From Methanobacteriaceae archaeon (GTDB taxonomy: Archaea; Methanobacteriota; Methanobacteria; Methanobacteriales; Methanobacteriaceae), in assembly GCA_003558085.1 (NCBI GenBank), contig PWMT01000127.1:13863-77862 (forward strand): a DNA stretch of 64,000 nucleotides. The letters are read 5' to 3'. The notes beneath the pieces were generated by a model. That model worked only from the letters and a program-made list of their open reading frames with translations, searched no databases and was not told where the DNA came from. Within the stretch, counting starts at the first letter, position 1; each line of letters opens with the position of its first letter. A program made the translations under genes and the position numbers. Shown here piece by piece: positions 23,711 to 34,418 of the stretch.

Positions 23711-24700
23711 TTATAAAATTAAGATTTCTCTGGAGAGCTTAGAAGCGGCTTGAACAAATTCTTTAGGATCTGTACCAGGAAAAGGATCTATTATACATAA
23801 ATCAAATTTTTCATCTAAAACAGTATTCAATTCACGTATATCCTTATTATATACTTCAAAATTCAATCCACTGGAAATTATTCCATTTTCATATTTTTTC
23901 CTCAAATCCACCTTAAAACCGTTGCATTCTAGATTAATATTAGTCATATTAATGGCAGGCTCCCAGAGATCATTGAATACTACTTTTTCTACTCCAGCCT
24001 TAAGACAAAAAATTCCAAGAGTACCGGGACCACAAGTGGCATCTAAAACTTTAAAATCAGTAGCTTCATTTTTTTTCAGGAAAGAATTAAGGGTATTTAT
24101 TTTGGATGATGCAGAGCGAGAAATTTCTACATGAATTTTGCTTTGATTTTTATGAATGCATATAGGTCCAAAAGGACTCTTTAGAATATCACAACGTACA
24201 TCACAGCCTGCAAGAAGCTCATAAACATGTGGTGCACTATTAGAATCTTCAATTCCCACTTTTTTCCCCATATCTCCTTTTAATACACCTTTAACTTCCT
24301 CAACATCATTTAAGATTCTATTAGCAGTTTTATTATCCAGGTTAGAAGCTAAGATTATTAAAGAATTTGCTTTTAGAAAAGGATCATATTTTAAAGGATA
24401 GCCAGGATTTATTAAAGGCACCGCTGCTTTTCTTAAAGTACTTTTTTCATTCTCCAGACCTTCCTCTATCATGATCTTTAAAACATGGGCCATGGTTAAA
24501 TCGAGGTGTCTTCGGTTACAAACACATCTTCCATAGTGATGATCAATAAAATTTAAATTAACTTGATTTATTAATGGAGCAAATTTCTTTATTTTAATTG
24601 GCGAACATTTAAAACAAGGTTTATGGAGAGTTTTGATTTCTGATAAAATTTCCTCTGCAGTTTTTATACATTTCTGCCTACATCTGCAATCTAATTCCAT
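23711..24700 (-). CDS. SAM-dependent methyltransferase with Cys-rich N-terminus
   Basis: VLDATCGPGTLG, FNDLW, IIDPFPG; N-terminal CRC...C, CxxC, CxC..H; start uncertain (24700 or up to 24745). Confidence 0.75.
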   Translation of the reverse strand: MELDCRCRQKCIKTAEEILSEIKTLHKPCFKCSPIKIKKFAPLINQVNLNFIDHHYGRCVCNRRHLDLTMAHVLKIMIEEGLENEKSTLRKAAVPLINPGYPLKYDPFLKANSLIILASNLDNKTANRILNDVEEVKGVLKGDMGKKVGIEDSNSAPHVYELLAGCDVRCDILKSPFGPICIHKNQSKIHVEISRSASSKINTLNSFLKKNEATDFKVLDATCGPGTLGIFCLKAGVEKVVFNDLWEPAINMTNINLECNGFKVDLRKKYENGIISSGLNFEVYNKDIRELNTVLDEKFDLCIIDPFPGTDPKEFVQAASKLSREILIL

Positions 24701-24734
24701 ATACTTAAATATTGCATGTACCATATTATAATAT

Positions 24735-26363
24735 TTGATGGACATGAAACAGAAACGTAAAGAAATACTTAGAGAACTTTTAGGCGAATTTGGATCTGAA
24801 GATTATTCAGATAATAATATTATTCCTGAATCTGAACCAGAGCAGATGAAAGAGTCTGAAAAACCAGACAGGGATATTAAATCAGAAGATTCTTTTGATA
24901 TTGGAAGAATCATGGAAAAGAAACCTAAACCCCAAAAAAGCATTAAAAGAAAAACTCCAGTTATTAAACCAGAAATTATTGAAGAAACTCTCATTCCCAA
25001 GTATAATATAAATGTTCCTAAATTTACAGATAAAGAAAGGGCACTTCTTAATGATATTAGAGAAAAATTAGTGGATTTGGCTGTTTCTAAGGGCGATAAA
25101 TTTCAGATTGATGAAGAGACTTTCACCAGAGAAGTGAAAGAATTTTTAAAAATTAAAGGCATAAGTAATATTGATAAACTGGCTTCCCAAATTTCTCAAG
25201 AAATGCTAGGATACGGCCAACTGGATCCTATGATTAAAGACGATGATCTTGAAGAAATAATGGTAATTGGAGTTAATCGACCTGTATTTGTTTTCCACCG
25301 TAAAATCGGTATGATGTTAACCAATGTCTTCTTTGAGGAAGATGAAAAGATTAAAGCTTTGATCGATGTTATTGCTCGTCAAGTAAATAGGAGAATTGAT
25401 CAACAAAGCCCTATTTTAGATGCCCGGCTTCCTGATGGATCCAGAGTTAATGCTACTATTCCTCCTGTTTCAGCTGATGGATCTTCTTTAACTATTCGTA
25501 AATTTCGGAAAGATCCCTTCACCGTAATTGATCTGATTAATTTTAAAACCATGTCTCCACATTTAGCTGCATTTATGTGGGTATGTACTGATGGTTTAGG
25601 AGTTAAACCCTGCAATGCCATTATTGCGGGAGGTACTGGTTCTGGTAAAACTACTACCTTGAATACTATTGCAGCTTTTATTCCTCCCCGGGATAGAATC
25701 ATAACCATTGAGGATACATTAGAATTACAACTTCCACACACCCATGTAGTAAGGATGGAAACTCGCCCTCCTAATATTGAAGGTAAAGGTGAGTTAGACA
25801 TGGATACTTTGGTAAAGAACTGTTTACGCCAACGTCCAGATAGAGTTATTGTCGGTGAAGTTAGAGGGAAGGAAGCAATTACATTATTTACAGCACTCAA
25901 CACAGGTCACTCCGGATTTGGAACCTTGCACTCCAACACAGCCCGGGAGACCATAACCAGACTAATAAATCCACCTATGATTGTTCCAACTATTATGATA
26001 CCTGCCCTTGATTTCATTATTATGCAAAATAAAATGTATCGTCCCTTTGGAGGTTCTATAAGACGCATCACTGAAGTTGCTGAAGTAGTGGGTATGGAAG
26101 AGGGCAATGTACAATTAAATAGAATTTTTGAATGGAATAATGAAACTGATAAAGTAGAGTACGTGGGTCTTGCCAGCCGTACTTTAAGGGAAATCGCTGA
26201 TTTAAGAGGTGCCAGTATAACTGAAGTGGAAGAAGAAATTGAAAAAAGAAGATTGGTAATAGAGTATATGGCAGATAAAAATATACGTTCCATTGAAGAT
26301 GTTGGAAACTTTTTTAATGATTATTATCGCGATCCAGATGAGTTAATAGAAAAAATACTGTAA
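24735..26363 (+). CDS. type II/IV secretion / pilus assembly ATPase (CpaF/VirB11 family)
   Basis: [36 protein letters not shown]. Confidence 0.93.
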   Translation: MMDMKQKRKEILRELLGEFGSEDYSDNNIIPESEPEQMKESEKPDRDIKSEDSFDIGRIMEKKPKPQKSIKRKTPVIKPEIIEETLIPKYNINVPKFTDKERALLNDIREKLVDLAVSKGDKFQIDEETFTREVKEFLKIKGISNIDKLASQISQEMLGYGQLDPMIKDDDLEEIMVIGVNRPVFVFHRKIGMMLTNVFFEEDEKIKALIDVIARQVNRRIDQQSPILDARLPDGSRVNATIPPVSADGSSLTIRKFRKDPFTVIDLINFKTMSPHLAAFMWVCTDGLGVKPCNAIIAGGTGSGKTTTLNTIAAFIPPRDRIITIEDTLELQLPHTHVVRMETRPPNIEGKGELDMDTLVKNCLRQRPDRVIVGEVRGKEAITLFTALNTGHSGFGTLHSNTARETITRLINPPMIVPTIMIPALDFIIMQNKMYRPFGGSIRRITEVAEVVGMEEGNVQLNRIFEWNNETDKVEYVGLASRTLREIADLRGASITEVEEEIEKRRLVIEYMADKNIRSIEDVGNFFNDYYRDPDELIEKIL

Positions 26364-26414
26364 TAAGACTCAATTTTTTAAAATTCAAATAGCATTTCAA
26401 TTTGGTGGTTTATA

Positions 26415-27467
26415 ATGGTTTTAAAAAGCATAAAAAGCTTCTTTGATAAAATTGGCGGAGTTACCATTGATTCAAGTAAAAAAGTTGGAGAAGGTGTTCA
26501 AGCTCCAGCTAATAAAATAGGAGGTATTAGAAGTAAGGATTTTAAATTAGGATCTTTAAAAAAAACTGGTTCTAAAAAAACTTCTTCTGAGATCATAAAA
26601 CGAACTAAAATGAGTAGAGAGGAAATAGAAGTTTTTAAAGGATTAATTGAATCTGAAAAAAATAAAAAAGAGATTTCAAAAGAAGATGAAAAAGAAAAAG
26701 AAACCTTTCAAAAAGCCTCCCTAGAGGAGATCTTAAGAGAAGAAGAAAAAAAAAGTTTAGATCCTAAATTAGTTATGGGTATGGGGGCAGCTTCTGGTTT
26801 AATATTATTTGCTATACTTATTGCTTTAGGGTTTGGAATAGCTATTGGTCTTGTATTTTTAATATTAGTATTCTTCATGTCTATAGTGATCTTGTTTTTA
26901 CCCAATCTTCAAAAAGGAAAAAAATCAGCTGAAGCCTCTCGGGAATTACCTTATGCTTTAAGACAAATGGCTACTGAATTAAGGGCTGGTCTTGGTTTAC
27001 ATGATAGTATGCGATCAGTAGCGCTCTCTGGTTATGGTTCTCTCTCTGAAGAGTTTGCTAGAACCTTAGAGGAGATAAAATATGGGGAGAGAACTGAGAC
27101 TGCTCTTATTGATATGGGGGATAGAATAGAATCTGATGGATTAAAAAGAGCGGTTTATCAGATTACCAGAACTCTTAATAGTGGAGGAGATTTAGCTAAG
27201 ACTTTAAATGTTATAGCAGAAGATATCGCTTACGAGCTGAGGATGAAACTCAAGGATTATTCTCAAAAACTTAATTCATTTACCATGATCTATATGTTTA
27301 TTGCCATTTTAGGTCCCGTGATAATGATGGTTATGCTTATAGCTGCTTCCACGGTCATGGGAGCAATACTGCCTCCAATTGCTCTTTTAGCAATTTATCT
27401 TTTCTTTTTCCCTATGATAGTGGCATTTTTAGCTTTCATGGTTAAAAGATTGGAACCAAAACTTTAA
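26415..27467 (+). CDS. type II secretion system F / TadC-like membrane platform protein
   Basis: ELPYALRQMATELRAG, YGSLSEEF, three hydrophobic segments; follows the ATPase. Confidence 0.88.
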   Translation: MVLKSIKSFFDKIGGVTIDSSKKVGEGVQAPANKIGGIRSKDFKLGSLKKTGSKKTSSEIIKRTKMSREEIEVFKGLIESEKNKKEISKEDEKEKETFQKASLEEILREEEKKSLDPKLVMGMGAASGLILFAILIALGFGIAIGLVFLILVFFMSIVILFLPNLQKGKKSAEASRELPYALRQMATELRAGLGLHDSMRSVALSGYGSLSEEFARTLEEIKYGERTETALIDMGDRIESDGLKRAVYQITRTLNSGGDLAKTLNVIAEDIAYELRMKLKDYSQKLNSFTMIYMFIAILGPVIMMVMLIAASTVMGAILPPIALLAIYLFFFPMIVAFLAFMVKRLEPKL

Positions 27468-27516
27468 TAATAGATGCAAAAGCATATTAATCCTATATTT
27501 TTCTTAAAACCTAATA

Positions 27517-28308
27517 TTAAAGCAAAGAAAAATATCGCAGCAATTCAATAGTTAAAATTAAAAAGATAGTTATTAATATAAAGAAATAATCATTTACTCT
27601 TAATTTTTTTGTTTCTTGGTACATATGGGATTTTTCGGAGTATCCCCGACTTAACATACTGAAATATACCTTTTCCCCTTGCTCATATGATCTTAAGAAC
27701 AACATCACAATAGTATAGGCTATTTGTCGTAATCTCCACCTGTAAGGTGTTTTATTATTCCATATATCAAAGCAGCGGGTTTTTTGAGCATTTTTTATTC
27801 TTTCTAATTCTTCATAAAACATGAAAAGATAGCGGATAGTCAGGCTCATTATCATGGATAATTCCCGGGGAAATCCCATTCTCCTACCTGAATTTACTAT
27901 TTCCTGAATAGGTGTTACAGAAGATAACAATACTACTGCAGTTAGACATACAATTAGTCGAGAAAATAAAAGCATTCCGAAAAGGGTTCCTTCAAAGGTA
28001 ATATTGAAGCCCAGTGGCAATGTGTATAAAATCTCACCAGGTTGTATAAAGGGCTGGAAAAGCGCGATAAATCCTCCAAAGGGTAAAATGATCAGTACTC
28101 TTTTTAGGGTATAAATAAAGGAAATCTTAGATATCCAAATTAAGCCTAAAAGGTAAGCCTCTAATAAGAATAAAACTGGTAAGTGAACAGTATATACTGC
28201 ATAAATAACAATGAATAGGGTCATAATCAATTTTATGCGCCCGTCTAGGTTATGAATTGGGCTTTTCTTCCCAGTTTCACTTTCAATTTGACTAATTCCA
28301 ATATGCAT
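27517..28308 (-). CDS. cbiQ: Co/Ni ECF transporter T component
   Basis: SPIHNLDGRIKL, TIRYL, AQKTRCF, LFLRSYEQGE..Y.SMLSRGY; likely ATG 28308 after SD GAGGA. Confidence 0.9.
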   Translation of the reverse strand: MHIGISQIESETGKKSPIHNLDGRIKLIMTLFIVIYAVYTVHLPVLFLLEAYLLGLIWISKISFIYTLKRVLIILPFGGFIALFQPFIQPGEILYTLPLGFNITFEGTLFGMLLFSRLIVCLTAVVLLSSVTPIQEIVNSGRRMGFPRELSMIMSLTIRYLFMFYEELERIKNAQKTRCFDIWNNKTPYRWRLRQIAYTIVMLFLRSYEQGEKVYFSMLSRGYSEKSHMYQETKKLRVNDYFFILITIFLILTIELLRYFSLL

Positions 28309-28602
28309 TGGGATCCTCATCTTAAATTTATTTTGATTAATGTAAAGTTTGATGGATTAAAGCTTTTTCTAAAATATAAAAATTATTTAAACGTCTTATT
28401 TTTATAAGAACAAATCAAAGCTTATGTGAAGAAAACTTATGGGGATGATAATGGCTAATTTTTTTCATGTTATTCTCCTAATTTTAGTAATATATTGGGG
28501 ATTGATATTTCACATAAAATCTATAATGGATCAAAGTTGCAGTGAAATAATTAATTCTTGAAGGCGTTTTTTAATTCTTACATTAATTCAATTAAATATA
28601 TA

Positions 28603-28637
28603 ATAATAAGCTTTTTCATTGTATTACTATTTTTAAA
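28603..28637 (-). promoter_or_regulatory. candidate promoter with imperfect palindrome ATAATAA-N11-GTATTAC upstream of cbiQ
   Basis: Same architecture as 8550-8585: palindrome followed on the plus strand by a minus-strand TATA-like TTTAAAAA. Confidence 0.3.
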
Positions 28638-28953
28638 GTTTAGTTATGCATAGTATTACTTTATTAATATTTTTAAACACAAAATTATTAATTTTTGATA
28701 CACAAAAATTTATATACTAGGCACAAAATAAAATAATTATCATTATAAATCATTAATAATTATTCAGAGTCTACTAATTTGATTATAATATTATAAAAGA
28801 TTAGATAATATTAGCTTAAGATGGGTTTTAAAAGACGGACTACTTGTTAACTACCAGAAATATATCTAAAATCGCCATTAAAAAGGAGCATTTATATAAA
28901 ATTGTTAAATATCTAAGGATTAATGTAATACAGGATTATAATGGAGGAATTCA

Positions 28954-30339
<1,386 letters not shown>

Positions 30340-30390
30340 TATAATATTAAACTAATTGAACATTTCTAAAAAATTTATAAAGTGATTTTT

Positions 30391-31155
<765 letters not shown>

Positions 31156-31179
31156 TTTGGAAAAAAAGGATGTGGGTTT

Positions 31180-32337
31180 ATGGACAAAATATCACAACTT
31201 CTTAAGTTACTTGAAAATACAAAATCAATAGAAATAAATGATTTTAGAATGGATTTTGAGGAATTAGAGCTTCAAATAATGCCAGCTGTAGAGCAAATAG
31301 TTAAAAAATCAGTAGATAAAACTAAAACTCCGGTTCAACCATCACCTATGGAAGAATTCAACCCACCCATTCAAAATTATCCCGGTAAAGTAGCGGAAGT
31401 GCAACTAGGAAAGGGCAGCCGTAAACCAGTATATTTAGGGGGTCAGGAAGCATTATATCGATTTGAAGAGCCTCAACCAAATGCTCCTATAGTTACTTTT
31501 GATGTATTCGATATTCCTATGCCTGGACTTCCACGACCCATCAGAGAACATTTTTCCGATGTTATGGAACATCCTGGAGAATGGGCCAAAAAAGCAGTTA
31601 AAGAATATGGTGCAAACATGGTAACCATTCACTTAATTGGAACTGGGCCTAAAGTGATGGATAAATCGCCTCGTGATGCTGCTAAAGACATAGAAGAAGT
31701 TTTGCAGGCAGTAAATGTTCCTTTAGTAATAGGGGCTTCTGGTGATCCTATAAAGGATCCTTTAGTCTTGGAAAAAGCGGCAGAGGCTTCTCAAGGAGAA
31801 AGATGTTTGTTAGCTTCTGCTAATTTAGATTTAGATTACCAAAAAGTGGCTCATGCTGCAGTAGAAAATGATCATGCAGTGTTGTCCTGGTCTATAACCG
31901 ATGTTAACATGCAAAAAACTCTTAATCGTTATCTATTAAAAGAAGGTCTCACTCATAATGATATCGTTATGGATCCTACCACCTGTGCTTTAGGTTATGG
32001 TATAGAATTTTCCATCGATATAATGACTAGAACTCGTCTAGCTGCTTTGAAAGGTGATCAGGATCTTCAGATGCCCATGTCTTCAGGTACAACTAATGCC
32101 TGGGGATCCCGTGAGGCCTGGATGAAAAAAGATGAATGGGGTCCCACTGATTATAGAGGCCCCATCTGGGAAATTTTTACCGGATTGACTATGATGCTTA
32201 GTGGAGTAGATATTTTTATGATGCTTCATCCTAGTTCAGTTAAATTGCTCCGCGAAATAGGGGAAACTTTCACTAAGGAATACAACAGTGCTGAAAAAGC
32301 AAATATTGATGATTGGATAACTCAATTGGGGAGTTAA
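31180..32337 (+). CDS. cdhD: ACDS delta subunit (corrinoid Fe-S protein small subunit)
   Basis: MDPTTCALGYGIEFS, RLAALKGD, NAWGSREAW, MMLHP. Confidence 0.96.
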   Translation: MDKISQLLKLLENTKSIEINDFRMDFEELELQIMPAVEQIVKKSVDKTKTPVQPSPMEEFNPPIQNYPGKVAEVQLGKGSRKPVYLGGQEALYRFEEPQPNAPIVTFDVFDIPMPGLPRPIREHFSDVMEHPGEWAKKAVKEYGANMVTIHLIGTGPKVMDKSPRDAAKDIEEVLQAVNVPLVIGASGDPIKDPLVLEKAAEASQGERCLLASANLDLDYQKVAHAAVENDHAVLSWSITDVNMQKTLNRYLLKEGLTHNDIVMDPTTCALGYGIEFSIDIMTRTRLAALKGDQDLQMPMSSGTTNAWGSREAWMKKDEWGPTDYRGPIWEIFTGLTMMLSGVDIFMMLHPSSVKLLREIGETFTKEYNSAEKANIDDWITQLGS

Positions 32338-32367
32338 TAGTTTAAGTAAATTAAAAGGAGGGTTAAA

Positions 32368-33741
32368 TTGAAAGTAACTGCAATGGATATTTATAAATTA
32401 CTGCCTAAAACTAACTGTGGAGATTGTGGGGAAGCTTCTTGCATGGCATTTGCTACTAAATTATCAGAAAAAGAGATAGATTTAAAAGTATGTGAGCCAC
32501 TAGATACACCAGAGAGGGAAAAATTAGAAGATTTACTTGCTCCTGCAGTAAGAGAAGTTATTATGGGGACTGGTGATAAAAAAGTCATACTTGGAGGTGA
32601 TGAAGTACTTTACCGGTATGAACTGACCTATTATAATCCTACTGCATTAGTAATTGATGTAAATGATGAATTAGAATCAGAAGAATTGGATGAAAGGATA
32701 AATATTATTGAAAATACTAAATTTGAGCGAACAGGAGAATTACTTACTCTAGATGCTATCGCAGTCCGAAATAAATCAGGGGATGCTAAAAAATTTGCTG
32801 ATACTGTATCCCACCTAAAAAATTCTAAATATCCGCTGGTTTTATGTTCACTTGATCCTAATGCCATGAAAGCAGCATTAGAAATAGTTGGAAATCAAAG
32901 ACCTTTAATTTATGCAGCTACTGAGAATAATTTAGATGCCATGGCTCAATTAGCGTTAGAATATAAATGTCCTCTAGCTTTATTTGTCCCTGGTGATTTG
33001 GAGAAAATGAAACAACTTTCACATACTTTACGTTCTCAGGGTATTGAAGATATAGTGCTTGATCCAGGCACCTTTGTAGGGGAAGGTATGGGAGATACTC
33101 TGGATAATTTCATAATGATTAGGCGTTTGGCAGTAGAAGAGAGAGATGATGATTTTCGTTTCCCAATTTTAGGAATACCTGCTCTTGTAAGATTAGATAA
33201 TACTGAAGATAATATTAATAAAAGTATTCAGGAGGCAACGGTTACTGCTACTTTACTAAATAAATATGCGGATTTACTGATTTTAAACGGAACTGACATA
33301 TGGGAAATCATACCTATTTTAACTCTAAGACAAGGATTATTCACGGATCCAAGGAAACCACAAACAGTGGATGCTGGTTTATATGAATTTGGAGAACTTG
33401 ATGATGCTTCACCGGTTTTATTAACTACTAACTTTGCTTTAACGTATTATACGGTAGAAGGTGATTTAAAATCTGGAAAAGCTAATACTTATCTCTTGGT
33501 ACTGGATACGGATGGAAGAGCAGTGGATGTTTCACTGGCAGGGGGACAATTAAATGGAAAATCAGTGGCAGATCTTATTAAAGAAACAGGTATAGAAAAT
33601 AAGATAAAACATAAAAAAATGATTATACCTGGTTTAGCCGCACCATTAAGCGGAGAAATTGAAGATGATAGTGGTTGGGAAGTGGCTGTCGGTCCTAGAG
33701 ATTCTTCAGCAGTTCCAGATTATCTTTTAGAGAACCTTTAA
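32368..33741 (+). CDS. cdhE: ACDS gamma subunit (corrinoid Fe-S protein large subunit)
   Basis: LPKTNCGDCGEASCMAFA, TDPRKP, TNFALTY, VGPRDS. Confidence 0.96.
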   Translation: MKVTAMDIYKLLPKTNCGDCGEASCMAFATKLSEKEIDLKVCEPLDTPEREKLEDLLAPAVREVIMGTGDKKVILGGDEVLYRYELTYYNPTALVIDVNDELESEELDERINIIENTKFERTGELLTLDAIAVRNKSGDAKKFADTVSHLKNSKYPLVLCSLDPNAMKAALEIVGNQRPLIYAATENNLDAMAQLALEYKCPLALFVPGDLEKMKQLSHTLRSQGIEDIVLDPGTFVGEGMGDTLDNFIMIRRLAVEERDDDFRFPILGIPALVRLDNTEDNINKSIQEATVTATLLNKYADLLILNGTDIWEIIPILTLRQGLFTDPRKPQTVDAGLYEFGELDDASPVLLTTNFALTYYTVEGDLKSGKANTYLLVLDTDGRAVDVSLAGGQLNGKSVADLIKETGIENKIKHKKMIIPGLAAPLSGEIEDDSGWEVAVGPRDSSAVPDYLLENL

Positions 33742-33809
33742 GTTCAATTAATTCTTTATTTTTTTTCTAAGGAATTAAAATATTAGATTATGATTTTTTA
33801 AGTAATATC

Positions 33810-34334
33810 TTATTTTCTTAAAATATTATTATGGACTATATTTACTCCTTCATTGGTTAATATTTCTTTTTTCATATCAACACCTCCCTTATAATCACCT
33901 AAACTCCCATCTGATTTTATTACACGATGGCAGGGTATAATTATAGGTAACGGGTTTTGATTTAAGGCATTTCCAACTGCTCGATAACCCTTAGACCTTA
34001 AAGAATGAGCTATTTCTTTATAACTGCGCACTTCTCCTCTAGGAATGCTACAAACTTTTTCTAAAACCCTTGATTTAAAATTTTTACCAGAAAGTGGATT
34101 TAGCTTAAAATAAACTTTTTTACCAAAATAAGCTTTCCCCAGATTTTCTGCCTCTTTTATATAATAGGGGCTTATTCTTAATTTTTCTCTTGTAGAGATA
34201 TCATTTAAAGCAGCTTCCTCTTCTTTTCGTCCTAAACTGCTTCCAATAATCTTGGAATTTTGTATTGCCACGGCAAAATATAATTCTTGGAACTTGCAAA
34301 TAGAAACCACTATTTTTTTTGAATTTGAAAACAT
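33810..34334 (-). CDS. ogt: methylated-DNA--protein-cysteine methyltransferase
   Basis: IPRGEVRSY, RAVGNAL, active-site IPCHRV. Confidence 0.92.
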   Translation of the reverse strand: MFSNSKKIVVSICKFQELYFAVAIQNSKIIGSSLGRKEEEAALNDISTREKLRISPYYIKEAENLGKAYFGKKVYFKLNPLSGKNFKSRVLEKVCSIPRGEVRSYKEIAHSLRSKGYRAVGNALNQNPLPIIIPCHRVIKSDGSLGDYKGGVDMKKEILTNEGVNIVHNNILRK

Positions 34335-34418
34335 ATTACCCACAATTTTTGCTGTAAATTATTGATCCTTTTTTACCTAATGCTCTTTTATTAAAAAAAA
34401 TTATAATTGCTATCAAAA

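Noticed and set aside
28300-28308. CbiQ beginning MHI, like the CbiM/NikM metal-binding N-terminus (possible fusion scar)
   Set aside because: Only three residues match, with no PDG/MEG continuation, and the length is normal for CbiQ
28439-28561. 40-codon hydrophobic plus-strand ORF upstream of cdhC
   Set aside because: No resemblance to CdhA/CdhB; hydrophobic short ORFs arise easily in T-rich DNA; overlaps the minus-strand SD-led ORF
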